Part shown: positions 35,818 through 49,558 of the stretch, piece by piece
How the letters are laid out: each line of letters opens with the position of its first letter
Numbering within the stretch: the first letter of the stretch is position 1
Assembly (NCBI RefSeq): GCF_006345805.1
Contig: NC_043006.1
Span: 50,654,001-50,718,000, forward strand
Length of the DNA: 64,000 bases
From: Octopus sinensis
Lineage: Eukaryota
Direction of reading: 5' to 3'
Position numbers and translations under genes: made by a program
Notes under the pieces: model-generated
The model's input: only the letters and a program-made list of their open reading frames with translations
Told to the model about the DNA's origin: nothing
Database searches by the model: none

Positions 35818-36195
35818 GGCGGTGAGCTGGCAGAATCGTTAGCATGGGTGAAATGCTTAGCGGTATTTCGTCTGTCGCTACGTTCTGAGTTCAAATTCCG
35901 CCGAGGTCGACTTTGCCTTTCATCCTTTCGGGGTCGATAAATTAAGTACCAGTTACGCACTGGGGTCGATGTAATCGACTTAATCTCTTTGTGTGTTCTT
36001 ATTTGTTCACTCTATGTTTAGCCCCTTGTGGGTAGTAAAGAAATAGGTATTTCGTCTGTCTTCCCGTTCAGAGTTCAAATGCTGCGCTACATCCTTTCCG
36101 GGTCGATAAAGTAAGTACCAGTTATGCACTGGAGTCGATGTAATCGACTTAATCCTTTCCCGAAAATTTGAGGCTTTGTGCTTCCAGTAGAGAGG
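35816..36195 (+). mobile_element. SINE family A dimer following (ATT)n
   Basis: Full head, then junction GAAATAGGTATTTCGTCTG. Confidence 0.88.
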
Positions 36196-36314
36196 ATTGT
36201 TATTCATATACTCAACAGATTAGACTGTTGGAAAAGAAAAGAATCCTAACATCGAACTACAACAAGTAACCGTAGATACCAAGAACTCTCCTATTGAATT
36301 ACTGCAAGTAACCT

Positions 36315-36369
36315 TAGATGCCAAGAACCCTCCTAGGTATCCTAGCTATCCATTATTATTTCCGCTATC

Positions 36370-36413
<44 letters not shown>

Positions 36414-36690
36414 TATTATTATTATTATTATTATTATTATCATCTTCAACTATCTAACGCCTTCTTGGCCAAGCCAAAACTTCAAACCTTTTATAACAGT
36501 TCTACTGGACACTGTATTCCTATTTCCTTTATATTCCTCTTGGTGCCTTCTTATACTGTCCCCAAGGACCCAAAAATAATTGACACTATCTTCACTTTCT
36601 TTATTTTCCACAATCGAGCTATCTCGTATTTTAAGGGGTTGTGTATGTCTATTTTTTCGTCCTTCTTCTTGACTATTCATGGGTGAAAGG
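36315..36690 (-). mobile_element. R4/Dong-type LINE 3' end, interrupted by (ATT)n
   Basis: Minus strand LKYEIARLWKIKKVKIVSIIFGSLGTV and ARIPRRVLG. Confidence 0.75.
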
Positions 36691-37269
36691 GGAATGCAGC
36701 ATCAATTACAGAGCACATTGTACTTCACCTTGTTACAACAATACAAGTTCAACCTTCAATTTTGTGTTTCATTAAAATCATTGGAGAAGAAATTGCGAGA
36801 AAAAAATAAATGTATGCTTTAAAAAACGTCATTCCAAATATGTTTTGAAAAACCGTTATTCATAAGCGTTGCATCAATGCTTATTTTTAAAAAAATATTA
36901 CTTGCACTCCAACCTTTCAATGTATCATGTTATGTCGTCCTCTAAGAGAAACTTGAACTATATCCGTGGTGATAGAATTTTTTAAAATTTCTAGTGTTAT
37001 CGACATGTTCATAAAGAATTCAAAATATAGTATAAATGTTTCTGGTTTGTGGATTTTTTTAGCAGTTATAAATCGGTTCGTTTACGTTTTGAAAAAATAT
37101 GTCCTCTGGTGTATTACTATGCCAATAACGGTAGATAGGGATTGTAAGATAGGGATTGTAAGTTACCGACCTAACCTGCTGAGTATGCTTTGAATTCGTA
37201 ACTACAGCTTACCACTTCCATGTCTAACAGAATGATAGAATGTTTTAATCGACAGCTTTAATAGCTGTA

Positions 37270-37998
37270 TTAGCACATTCATATGAATGTTACTTAACAC
37301 TTGGATGTGTCAATTGCTATCACGTTTGGATGCCTCATAATTCAACAGAAAAACTTCAACAGATCGTATTTCCATCTGCGATTCTCTGTTCAAATACAAC
37401 AAAAACGGGTCATTTAGGAAAAGAATGATCACAGGGGTAAAATGGATTGTTTACAACAATGTGGAGCGGAAATAACTTGGAGGAAACGAAATAAAACACC
37501 TTTAATCACTCCAGAAGCCAATTTGTATCCGAAGAAGGTAATACTCCGCTTTCTGATGGGATTGGAAAGTCATTGTGTATTACGAGCTCTCCCCGAAAAA
37601 TTAGACATTGAATTCAGACTGCTATTGTTACCAGTTAAACTGACTGACAGGGGCAATCGTTGAAAAACATCCAAAATTGGCTAATCAAAAGGGCCTTGTC
37701 TTCCTTCAGGATAACTTTAGACCTCATGTTTCCTTACAGATCTGGCAGAAGTTTGAAAATCTTAGCTGAGAAGACTTACGGTACCCACCTGACATTTAAA
37801 TCTTCGGAAAATCATTCATTTTGGTCTCTACAAAATTCACTCAATGGAAAGAACTTCAATTTTTTGGAAGACTGTGAAAAGTATTTAAAACTAGTTTGTG
37901 ATCCAGAAAGATGCTAACTTCTGGGAGGATGGTTCATTAAGCTGCCTCAAAGATGGTAAAAGGTAATGAGACAAAATTGGAAATATGCAATTGAATAA
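37270..37998 (+). pseudogene. Mariner (DD34D-type) transposase remnant
   Basis: WMPH, RMITGVKWIVYNN, WDWKVIVYYEL and FLQDNFRPH motifs, with many stops and frameshifts. Confidence 0.85.
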
Positions 37999-38013
37999 AG
38001 ATGCATGCAAATA

Positions 38014-38144
38014 CAGTAGAACCTCGGTTTTCGAACAACTCTGATCACAAATAAATCTTACTTTATCTCCTGTCTTTCTCATATTCGTTTAATACAGTAG
38101 TACCTCGGTTTCCGAATGCCTCTGATCACGAATAAATCGCTCTT

Positions 38145-38197
<53 letters not shown>

Positions 38198-38262
38198 GAG
38201 GAATATTACTCCAAACTTACAGGAAAAAATCGAATTTAGAAATACTAAATCAAATTTCACAA

Positions 38263-38310
<48 letters not shown>

Positions 38311-38420
38311 TAGAAAAAAAACCATCTTTTATCAATTCAATAATGAAAAAATTAAATTATTCCATTTAGAAAAAGTATTTATAATTTATTCGCTATCAGA
38401 GTTGTTCGAAAACCGAGCTA
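38014..38420. mobile_element. pogo/Tigger-like MITE ends (two left TIRs, partial right TIR) enclosing a PLE-like terminus (38165-38370)
   Basis: TA-CAGTAG(A/T)ACCTCGGTTT..CGAA at 38014 and 38095; ATCAGAGTTGTTCGAAAACCGAG at 38395-38417. Confidence 0.65.
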
Positions 38421-38449
38421 TTAATGTATTTAAATATTGTTCTTCAATT

Positions 38450-39555
38450 TTCCTTAGAAATGGTACGAATGTTTGTTTCAACACAAGTTGAGCCCATCGA
38501 GTCAGATGCCAAAGCACATTGGACATTGGTAGGCTTATCAGAAGACTGTAAAATCCTTTATATTTAGGCTGACTTTTTAGCCCACTCCGGGGGTAAAATT
38601 CTATGTCAGAATAAAGTTTATCCAGCGTATCCCTTCTGTAACCTCAACACAAAAGAATATTGCGCTCTACAAAGACTAAGGAATGTCCAGCTTTCATGAA
38701 ACTCGTGTTAGTCAAGGAAGTCTGTTGAGACTTCTATTACATAATTTCACGTAAGATGTATGCTTTGGTTTGCTGTTAATGCCTGGTATCAGCTCTAGCA
38801 AGGAATTGTTTTGCGCGCGCACACATGTATACAGACAGACAAACACACACACACACATCTGTATGTATGCATGCGCATAGCAACCCATGTTGTGCGTATG
38901 GAAGATAATAGAATTCCAAAGCAGCTGCTCTACAGCGAGCTGCGCTCTGGAAAGCTTCTTCAGAACAAGCCACGAAAAAAGCTACAAAGACTGCATAAAA
39001 AGCATCCTGAAGAAACTGCAAATTAGTGTGAAGAGCTAAGATGAACTAGCTTTGAGAAGAGCTGGATGGATAAAGCGTATAAGTAAAGGTTGTAAAACAT
39101 TTTAAGAAGGTGACCTTGAGCAGGAAATCCTAAAGCACTGGCTTCGGGGGTGCTTTCATCAGAACCTCAATGGGAACGTCATGTGATGGAGATGTGAAAT
39201 GTGTGGCTGTGTATTTTTTTTTAAGACGAGACATGTCAGCCATCCGAAGTTCTATGAAAGATCAAATGTATGCAACGTTCTTCCTAGAGTCGGTGATTCA
39301 ACGTGTGTAGTTTGTGAAAGGTCTGGGAAGTTGAGTTCCGGTCTGAAGAGACATATTGCGGTTCACAGGGATCATATCACAAAGAGCGATTCGATCATTC
39401 CAGCAGAAGTTACGACATTCGTCTGTCACCTATGCTTCAATACATGAAGACCTGCAGTGTGAATGAATAGTCAATTGAGAGATCGTAGACGGAAGATCAG
39501 AACGAGGAAGCTCTCTGAGATGGCAATCATCTTTGAAGATGGAGCAATCATCATA
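38450..39555 (+). mobile_element. RTE-clade LINE 3' portion, interrupted by (CA)n
   Basis: HVVRMEDNRIPKQLLYSEL..KPRKK; C2H2-like CVVCERSGKLSSGLKRHIAVH. Confidence 0.88.
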
Positions 39556-41009
39556 TACATACATACATACGCACAGACATATATGTACTTACACTAACAC
39601 ATGTGCACATATTACATATATAGAATCATACATAATAGTATCAGATTGTTATTTATAACCGGCATTCAAATCTTTTGTTTTCTAATTATCCTAAACGAAT
39701 TCATGAAAAGAGAAACACGATATCTTAGATAAGAATATTAAGAAGAAAATATATCTGTATCAGAAATCTGTTGTTAAAGGATGACTTGCTTAGGTGATCT
39801 TATATGTTGTATATCTCCCGATATTACTAATTTATTTATCATATCTTGTATTATTATAATCTATCCTTCTAATTAATTTTATCTATTAATTTAAAGTCTT
39901 AATCAGAATATTTAATTTTATGTTCTTAATTTATGTTTTAACATTAATTAATAATTTCATTCAGTGAATATTTATCTATAGTTGAACATCTCTCTCGCTA
40001 TGCAGATATGTAAGCGTGACTATACACGTTTGTCTATAGACATGTTTCAATGTAGGTATGTGTATATGTGTGCATGTTCATTGATGGACACGAATATATG
40101 TGGATATACATGTATATTTTTTATCTATATGCGTACATATGCAATATATGTATATATACATGTATACGTGCGTTTATATTTATATATATTTATATACTTG
40201 TATGTGTGTGTGTGTAGTTGTATATGTGTGCTCAGACGAGTGTATATGTGAATATATGTATATGCGTGACTACATTTATATATTTCTGCTTGAATAAATG
40301 TGTGTGCATGTATGTGGGTCTGTATGTGCGCGTATTTATATATATATATATACATGTGTGTGTGTGTGTGTGTGTGGTGTGTGTGTGTGTGTGTTTGTTT
40401 GTGCATGAATATATGTATATAAGAGGATGTTTGTACGTGTGAATACATGGATAGATAGATAGATCTGTCTGTTATCTGTCTGTCTATCTTTCTCGATCAG
40501 TGCATACTTTATGTCTGTTATTTTCACCACATATAATCAGAATATGAATGTCCGTGTCGCCTTCTACAACTAATTATACGGACATACAAAATATTGCTAA
40601 AACTCACCTCCGTCCCCAGCACCTTCACCTTTAGTCATATAAAGTCTGAATACCAAAAAGTGCTGTCTGCCTACGCTTTAAACCGTTTTCTTCTGCCTCT
40701 TCGCTCTACTTATGGAGATACACCAAATAATGTAATCATGTCACTTTTGATATTTGAATTTGAATCTCTCTCTTTCTCCGTATCTCTCATACACGCTAAC
40801 ACACACACGCGCCATTTTTACATCCATGCAACACATATACATATCCACATGCAAACAATTGTACAAACCCATACGCAACACTTTAGCTACATACAAACGA
40901 CCACGCACATAAACAACCAAATAAACAACTTCTAAAATAAAATACTCTAACACGTTCACAGCAGCAACATGTACGCGCAAAGACACACGCACACGTCGCA
41001 GTCACAATG

Positions 41010-41410
41010 AAGGCGGCGAGCTGGCAGAAACGTTAGCACGCCGGGTTAAATGCGTAGCCGTATTTCGTCAGCCGTTACGTTCGGAGTTCAAATTCCGCCG
41101 CGGTCGACTTTGCCTTTCATCCTTTCGGGGTCGATAAATTAAATACCAGTTACGCACTGGGGTCGATATAATCGACTTAATCCGTTTGTCTGTCCTAGTT
41201 TGTCCCCTCTGTGTTTAGCCCCCTGTGAGTAGTAAAGAAATAGGTATTTCGTCTGTCGTTACATTCTGAATTCAAATTCCGTCGCGGTCGACTATGCCTT
41301 TCATCCTTTCGGGGTCGATTGAATAAGTACTAGTTATGCACTGGGGTCGATCAAATCGACTGGCCGCTTCCCCCAAAATTTCAGGCCTTGTGCCTAGAGT
41401 AGAAAAGAAT
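41010..41410 (+). mobile_element. SINE family A dimer
   Basis: Full head plus the recurrent junction. Confidence 0.88.
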
Positions 41411-41748
41411 GTCATATCCACATTCATAAAAACAAAATTAAAATATGCACACACCCATGAATGTACGATGAACTGATCTCTTGTCACATACCTACATTGT
41501 ATGCGTGTGAACATCGGAAATTTGTTTTCAGTTACATTCCTTACAGTAGAGAAACTTGTTGTCGGTCATTCAAAAGAATTAAGAAAGGGGTAGCTAGTGG
41601 TATCTGCTACAATAAAGTTCAATGAAGGCCACTGAACAGTCAGACCAATTAAATTGTTCGGGGTTTGATTCAGTGGATAAGAACTGGGAGTAGGTGACAA
41701 GCAGGATGGCCATTCTCACAGAGAAACGAGCTGAGAGGAATTTATCCC

Positions 41749-41977
41749 TCAAATATACGGTGGAGGTGGCGAATGCCTAGATTGCATCCGTCTGTCTGAC
41801 TGCCACGCAGTGCTCTGCTTCATTTTTGACCAGACGTTAGAGCTTGCTCTTACGTTTTCTGTTGAACGGACATATTCTGTTGGTCGCCCAGTTCTTTTGC
41901 TGTCAACATTTGCTGCTGCTTTGAGGACTAGACATGCCGCAGCTAATGAAGCGGCAGGGCCTGCTCTATGCTTGCAC
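41749..41977 (-). CDS. Candidate host exon (unidentified)
   Basis: Strong acceptor TTCGTTCTCTTCATCTTACAG|G; non-repetitive, GC-balanced; one open frame ending SRHSPPPPYI*. No recognisable domain. Confidence 0.25.
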
Positions 41978-42184
41978 CTGTAAGATGAAGAGAACGAATG
42001 GGAGAGGGGCACTTCCCACTGGTGTCTTTGGCAGTGGTAGATCCAAGATCTATGGCTATCCTCGTAGAAATTTGGTCTAATAATTTTTTTTTAACTCCTA
42101 TTATTTTCATTGTTTATACATATATACGCACATTCCAAGTGTTTTTTTTTTATTTTGCATTGTCCTAAATATTTTTGTTGGCCC

Positions 42185-42560
42185 TTGGGCAGAATCGTTA
42201 GCACGCCAGGCAAAATGCTTAGCGGCATTTCATCCGTCTTTATGTTCGGAGTTCAAATTCCGCTGAGGCCGACTTTGCCTTTCATCATTTCGGGGTCGAT
42301 AAAATAAGTACCAGTTGAGCACTGGGGTCGATGTGATCGACTTACGGACCCCACAAAACTTGCTGGCCTTGCACCAAAATTTGAAGCCATTATTGTCGCT
42401 GTTGTTGAGGCGGCGGGCTGGCAGAATCGTTCAAATTGCGCATAGGTCCGACTTGGTCTTTCATCCTTCCGGGGTCAATGAAATAAGTACTGTTATGCAC
42501 TGGGGTCGATGTAATTGACTAATTCCCCTCCTCCAAATTCCATGCCTTGTGCCTGTAGTA
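42185..42560 (+). mobile_element. Two SINE family A copies
   Basis: Family A motifs. Confidence 0.82.
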
Positions 42561-42619
42561 GAAAGGATTGTTATTATTGTTGTCATTGTGAAAAGGTGTG
42601 TGTGTGTCTGTGGGTCTCT

Positions 42620-42621
42620 TT

Positions 42622-42716
<95 letters not shown>

Positions 42717-43115
42717 GGATAGATATAGATAGATAGATAGATGGATAGATATAGATAGATATAGAGATAGATGGATAGATATAGATAGATATAGAGATAG
42801 ATGGATAGATATAGAGATATATAGATATAGATGGATAGATATAGAGATAGATAGATAGATATAGATGGATAGATATAGATATAGATGGATAGATATAGAT
42901 ATAGATGGATAGATATAGAGATATAGATATAGATGGATAGATATAGATATAGATGGATAGATATAGAGATAGATGGATAGATATAGAGATAGATAGATAT
43001 AGATAGATAGATATAAAGATAGATAGAGATAGATAGATATAGAGATAGATAGATATAGATATAGATAGATATAGATATATAGATATAGGTAGATAGATAT
43101 AGAGATAGATAGATA
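42620..43115. repeat. (GATA)n microsatellite grading into higher-order GATA/GGATA variants
   Basis: Direct reading; accounts for ORFs 42519-43191. Confidence 0.97.
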
Positions 43116-43119
43116 CAAA

Positions 43120-43630
43120 TAAATACATTGTTATAGCGTAATTTTTTCTTTTTGCAGTAAAGAATTTGTTACGAGAAGGTAAAACAAACATTTCATGGAG
43201 ATGAGTGCTTTACAATTTAGAAAGAAATATACACTTATTTTAAATACAGGATTAATATACCCCTTCATACCGTAAATATCCCCTGTAGAAAATTATACCT
43301 AATTCATTCAAAATATTTGCATCTTTTTATTAGTTTATATGCTTACAACTAGTGCAATACACAGCACAATAGAAAATATATTTTTCTTTATAATAATCCT
43401 GTGCTATCTTTTCAGGTCTTTCGAATTCCGTGTTTTGTTCACGATACGAATCTGTAGCAATTCTTTTTTTTATAAACCTTTGCGATAAGACCTCCACTGT
43501 AAAAACCAGTTTGTGTAAGTGTGAAGTTGTGTAATATTATGGACGTAAATTTGGTGCATGTGCACTAATCAAACTACAATAATTTTATCTTACAAGAAAT
43601 TCCTGCTTCTTTCGATCACTTAGGTGACTT
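43120..43630 (+). repeat. Unclassified ~500-bp repeat (second diverged copy at 46330-46790)
   Basis: Shared AATTTGTTACGAGAAGGTAAAACAAAC..GGAGATGAGTGCTT..ACACAGCACAAT..TTTCGATCA. Confidence 0.75.
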
Positions 43631-43981
43631 AACAATTAATATACATATGTGTATGTGCACGAGGTTTGATCAATAAGTATTCGGACTGTTGCCATAGTAA
43701 CGAAGCTAAAGCCGCTTGGCAAAGATTGACGTTGAACTGTGCATGCACACTTAGTTTTAACATTTTAGCTCACGTCTACTATTTACAGAAGTACTGGGAA
43801 TGAAGGTGTGTGGAGCACATATAATTGTCCTATTAACTGATGTTTATCTCATTGTTTACACCTGTTTATGTAAATCACCATTGTCTTTTGTCTTTGAATT
43901 GTCCTAAGTTTTCTTTGCAACCCTTGTGGCCAATAAAGTTATTACGATTATCATTATTACTATTATTACTATTATTATTGA

Positions 43982-44041
<60 letters not shown>

Positions 44042-44045
44042 TGTT

Positions 44046-44600
44046 AAGGTGGCGAGCTGGGAAAAGCGTTAGCACGCCGCAGCATTTTGTCCGTCTTTAT
44101 GTTCTGAGTTCAAATTCCGCCGAGGTCGACTTTGCCTTTCATCCTTTCGGGGCTGATGAAATAAGTACCAGTTGTTTATTGGGATCGATCTAATCGACTG
44201 GCACCCACCCACTAAATTTCAGTCCTTAAGCCAAAATTTGAAACCATTATTATTATTTTCATTATCAACTTCTTTCAGTTCTGTTTCCATTTCTTGCCGA
44301 GTGTCTTCTTGACACCTAGGACAGAGAAACGCAATTATCATTATTATTATTATCATTATTATCATTATTATTATTATTATAATCAAGGCGGCGAAGTCGC
44401 AGAATCATTAGCCCGTCGGGCAAAATGCTTGGCAATGTTCCGTCCGTCCTTACATTCTGAGATCAAATTCCACCAAGATCGACTTAGCCTTCCCTCCTTT
44501 CGGAGTCGATAAAGTTAGTACCAGTTGTGTACTGGGGTCGATGTAATCGACTATCCCCCCTCACCCAAATTTTAGGTTTTATGCCTATAGTAGAAAGAAT
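44046..44600 (+). mobile_element. Two SINE family A copies, each after (ATT)n
   Basis: Heads at about 44046 and 44385. Confidence 0.82.
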
Positions 44601-45109
44601 TATTATCTTTGTTGCTATTGTTGTTGATTTTGCTCAAGTTTGGTTTCATTCCTAGCAGGCTTTATGTGGGTAGCATGTTACTCTCTGTCAATTAGGTATC
44701 CACAACCTTTCAGTAGCTTTTCAAGCGCTTAAAACCCTCCTGGTAGTCTTTCCAGTCGTTGATATGCAAATCGTCTGTAGATGATCTACAGGGCATTCCA
44801 TTCCAATCTCCTTCAACTATTTCTCTATATCTTTACTAACAGTTCCCAATGCATCAGTTACAGTTATTATTATTATATTATTATTATTAGCATCTTTCAA
44901 TTCTGTTTCCATTTCTTGTCGAGTGTCTTCTTGACACCTAGGGCAGAGAAACGTAGTGCCATTAAAATAAACACACCAGATTATTCATTTTCAAAGTCAT
45001 GTGATAGAGAAAAGGGGGAAGAAAGACAGAAAAAAAGGAAAATAAGAATTATTATTATTATTTTATTACAACTAAACTTTTACATGCTAATTCAATTAAC
45101 AGGGATTTT

Positions 45110-45510
45110 ATCTTGAGGTTTAATGATAACAAGTCTCCTAAAATCTGAAGAACGCTTCTAAGGGTTTTTTGCAGAATACAGGATGGTACTTTTCTTCAGG
45201 TAGGCATTGCGTGTTTCCATTCCAAAGACTGTCAACTTTTAGGTAGCATTTTGAGTGCTGTACCAAGTGTGCCAATCATCACAGGAAAAATTGCCTTAGT
45301 TTTCTATAGTGTCCTCAGCTCTCTGACTAGATCCAGGTATTAACAAGTTTTTTTTTTAATTTCTGTATTATCGCCTCTGCTATCATGATCTTAAATTGTT
45401 TATTTTTTCTTCCACAATCATATCTCGTCTTCTTGTCTCAGTAGTATGGTCAGTCTTTATGGGGAAGGCTCACAATATCCCGTAATTTTCATCTTCTCTC
45501 ACAGCTTCTT
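45110..45510 (-). mobile_element. R4/Dong-type LINE endonuclease and 3' remnant
   Basis: Minus strand DHTTETRRRDMIV and PVMIGTLGT resemble the RLE domain at 34815-35180. Confidence 0.6.
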
Positions 45511-45697
45511 ATTATCATCATCATCACTATTATTGTTATTCTGAGTTCAAATTACGACGAGATCGATTTTGCCTTTCATCCCTTCGGGGTCGATGATATT
45601 AGTACCTGTTACGCAGTGGGTTAGATATAATCGACTAGACCTTCCACCAAATTTCAGGCCTAGAGTAGAAAGGATTATAACTGTTGTAGTTGTTGTT

Positions 45698-45747
<50 letters not shown>

Positions 45748-45779
45748 CGTGCGCGCGCATTATATATTTACATAAAGAG

Positions 45780-46290
45780 ATAGGCGGACAGGCAAATAGA
45801 CACAGACAGACAGGCAAACAAACAGACATAGACAGACAGGTAGGCAAACAAACAGGTAGGCAAACAAACAGGCAGGCAAACAAACCGGCGGATAGGCGGG
45901 CAAAGTGACGGACAGGCAGACAAACAGATGACGGACAGGCAGACAAACAGACGGACGGACAGGCAGACAAACAGACGGACGGACAGGCAGATAAACAGAC
46001 GGACGGACGGACAGGCAGACAACAGACGGACGGACAGGCAGACAAACAGACGGACGGACAGGCAGATAAACAGACGGACGGACGGACAGGCAGACAAACA
46101 GACGGACGGACAGGCAGACAAACAGACGGACGGACAGGCAGACAAACAGACGGACGGACAGGCAGGCAAACAGACGGACGGACAGGCAGGCAAACAGACG
46201 GACGTACAGGCAGGCAAACAAACGGACGGACAGGCAGGCAAACAGACGGACGGACAGGCAAGCAAACAGACAGTCAGACAGGCAAACAGA
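45780..46290. repeat. GACA/GGAC-derived 24-bp minisatellite (GGACAGGCAGACAAACAGACGGAC)n
   Basis: Direct reading; accounts for ORFs 45635-46437. Confidence 0.95.
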
Positions 46291-46832
46291 AAGATGTACA
46301 ACACATATGCCAATACTTCTCTTAACGAAATCAATTTTACAACGTATTTGTCTTTGCTGTAAAAGAAATTTGTTACGAGAAGGTAAAACAAACTTTTTTT
46401 GGGAGATGAGTGCTTCTAATTTTGGGAAGCAACACACTTACTTAAAATACGAGCTAAAAATACCCATTAATAGCGAATAGATACCCTGTAGAAAAATATA
46501 TCTAAATCATTCAAAATATACACGCCTAAATACACAGCACAATTGAAGACATATTTTCCCCTGTAATAATTCAATGCTACTTTTACAGATCGTATCTCGT
46601 TCAAAGTTCCGATCTGTAGCATTACTCATTTCAACAAATATTTCAGATAGGATCTCCACCGAAAAAACTTGTTTTTATATGTGTGAAGCTATATGGGTAA
46701 TGTTTCACGTATATGCACTGCATAAACTAGAATATTTCACACGAAATTTCTGCTCCTTTCGATCAAATTATGCGGCTTCACATTTAATATACCTTCATAC
46801 ACACACACACACATATATATATACATACATAC

Positions 46833-46904
<72 letters not shown>

Positions 46905-46905
<1 letters not shown>

Positions 46906-47119
46906 CTTTACTACCCACAAGGGGCTAAACACAAAGGGGACAAACAAGGAAGACAAACGGATTAAGTCGATTACATCGACCCAAATGCATAACTGGTACT
47001 TAATTTATCGACCCCGAAAGGATGAAAGGCAAAGTTGACCTCGGCGGAATTTGAACTCAGAACGTAGCGGCAGACGAAATACGGGTACGTATTTCGCCCG
47101 GCGTGCTAACGTTTCTGCC

Positions 47120-47120
<1 letters not shown>
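46905..47120 (-). mobile_element. SINE family A
   Basis: Reverse-orientation family A motifs. Confidence 0.88.
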
Positions 47121-47178
<58 letters not shown>

Positions 47179-47394
47179 CTTTGTTAAAACTCAAAATGAG
47201 AGTTTGTCTCGCAACTGGCGGGACAGTGATCTTACTGGTGTGAAATTCGAGTCTCGAAACAAAACTCTCACCGTCAATAGTAATAATCTATATCCTCTAC
47301 AACATGTATTGAGCATTCCTTTCTCATTCGATGGACATTAATATAGTGTGTGTATATAACTATGTACTGGACTCTCTTGTCGTTAGACGACGTA

Positions 47395-47668
47395 TAAGGG
47401 TTCGACAATTTCTTACCGAACAACCACACTGGGGGTTTGCTTATAGTGATCAAATGTTTGTGTATACATACGCTCACTCCCTCCATCAAATCGACATTAC
47501 CTGTACAGGTGCAACTGGTGTCACATGTCAGATGACGAAATGATCGCAAATCAACGTGAAATGAAGTGCTTTACTCAAGAACACAACGCAATGCTCGATC
47601 TGGGAATCGAACCAACGGTCTCACAATCGTGAGTGCAACACCTTAACCAATAAGCCATGCGCCTTCAC
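47395..47668 (-). mobile_element. SINE with a D-type head and an alternative tail
   Basis: Head GTGAAGGCGCATGGCTTATTGGTTAAGG; TCTTGAGTAAAGCACTTCATTTCACGTTG central block. Confidence 0.75.
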
Positions 47669-48084
47669 TTATAACTATGAATATATATATATATATCGGT
47701 GTTCTACCAAGCCTGACCTTTCTTTATTGGTTTGACTACCATCCGTGTAGCATCCGTTATATTCCTGTTGTAAGGCTTCACTTCTACACACTCCAGATTA
47801 ATTTAATTCGTCCTTATTCGAAAGACATCTGTTGTTAATGTCTTGTTTGTATTTCTAATTGTGTACCATTTCTCCGTTGTTTCGTCACTGTTTTCGTATA
47901 CATTCGCTTGCTTTCTTCCAAGGAGTCTAATGCTCTTAGATTTTCTTGGAGCCTGCTAAATTGGAGCAGTCTCGAGTGTAACCGGCCGAAACTACAACGA
48001 CAATCTGTTACTCGACTGAGGATAGGAAGCTCCGAATGATTCGTCCTTGTTTTTTCCTATCCTTTTTTGTATCGTCTAAATGTC

Positions 48085-49132
48085 CGGATGTTTTTTTGTC
48101 ACCTGTTCTGTTGTGGAAACAATGCCTCCCAGAGAACTCGAAACATCAATGGTGAATATCTGGCGAATGCGGGCACTGTGCGTCGATGGTTTGAGAAGTT
48201 TCCGTCTTGTGACTTTACTTTTGAAAATCAATCCGTGGTAGACTTGAAACCAAGGTGGATAATGATGAACAAGAAATTGTAGTGGAAGCGGATACATCTT
48301 AAACTACGCATGAGTTAGCAGCAAGGTTTGATGTTTCGATTCCAACTGTATTGGAATATCTGAAACAAATCGGCAAAGTAAAGAAGCTCGACAAGTGGGT
48401 ACCGCACGAACTGAAGGAGCATCAAATGACACGTCGTCTTGAAACTTATTCTTTGCTGTCACGTCATAAAAGTGAACCATTTTTTGCATCGCATTGTTAC
48501 GTGTGATGAAAAATAGATTCTTTTTAACAAAATCAAGCGTTCAGCACGATGGTTGGATTGAGATGAAGTGCCAAAACACAATCGAAAAAGAATATTCACC
48601 ACAAAATGCTAATGTATGTTTGGTGATCCATCGCTGGTGTCATCCGCTACAACTACATGAGACCTGATAAATCAATTACACCGGATGTGTACAGCAACCA
48701 GTTGGATGAAATGATGAGTGAACTTGCAATTAAACAACCGAGATTGGTCAATAAAGACGGGCCAATTTTCTTGCAAGACAATAGTCGACCACATGTTGTA
48801 CAAAGAATGTTACTCAAGTTACAGGATCTGAACTTTGAAGTGCTCTGTCATCCACCATATTCACCTGACCTTGCAGTAACTGACTATCATATTTTCCAAG
48901 CATTAGGCAACTTTTCGCAAAGTAAAACTTCAAATCTGAAGAAGATGCAAAAAAAACTTTCGTGATTGAATCACCGCTTGCTCTCCAGAATTCTTCACTG
49001 CCGACATAAATAAGCTACCAATAACATGACAAAATTGTGATGATAATTTGATTAACTGCATTGCTTTTTGCTAAGATTAAGTAAAATAAACTATCAGTTC
49101 AAAATCGGACATTCCATTTTTAATGACCTGAT
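48085..49132 (+). pseudogene. Near-complete decayed mariner (DD34D) element
   Basis: TVRRWFEKF, KWVPHEL, IVTCDEK, FLQDNSRPHV and HPPYSPDLAVTDYHIF; 3' TIR-like ..ATTTTTAATGACCTGA followed by TA. Confidence 0.93.
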
Positions 49133-49505
49133 ATATGCATATATTTTTTATATCAATGTAGTATTCGTGTATTTATACACATATAAATATGCATATATTT
49201 TTATATGTACGAATGTGTGTATATATTTAATTTTTTTTAAGGTATAAAACCTTTTATCAGTTTATCAGGATGTTACTAACCATTTTGGAAGAAATTTTTT
49301 TCCTAGTGAGTGTGAGTGTTTTCGATTAATCTTGTCAAAGACACGAAATATTCACCTTGCGCCTAGGAAATATACACCTTGCCCAACAATACACCGTTCC
49401 CAGCGTTTCTGGCTCCTTTGGAATCCGACCTGGAAGTTGTTTTCCATCATACATATATACATATTTGTCTCCATTACATATTTACACACACACATACACA
49501 CACAT

Positions 49506-49558
<53 letters not shown>

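Noticed and set aside
48012-48046. CTGAGGA..GGA(AGC)TCC-GAAT motif
   Set aside because: Lacks GAAA and the A15.1-U16.1 pair; cannot be folded as a hammerhead.
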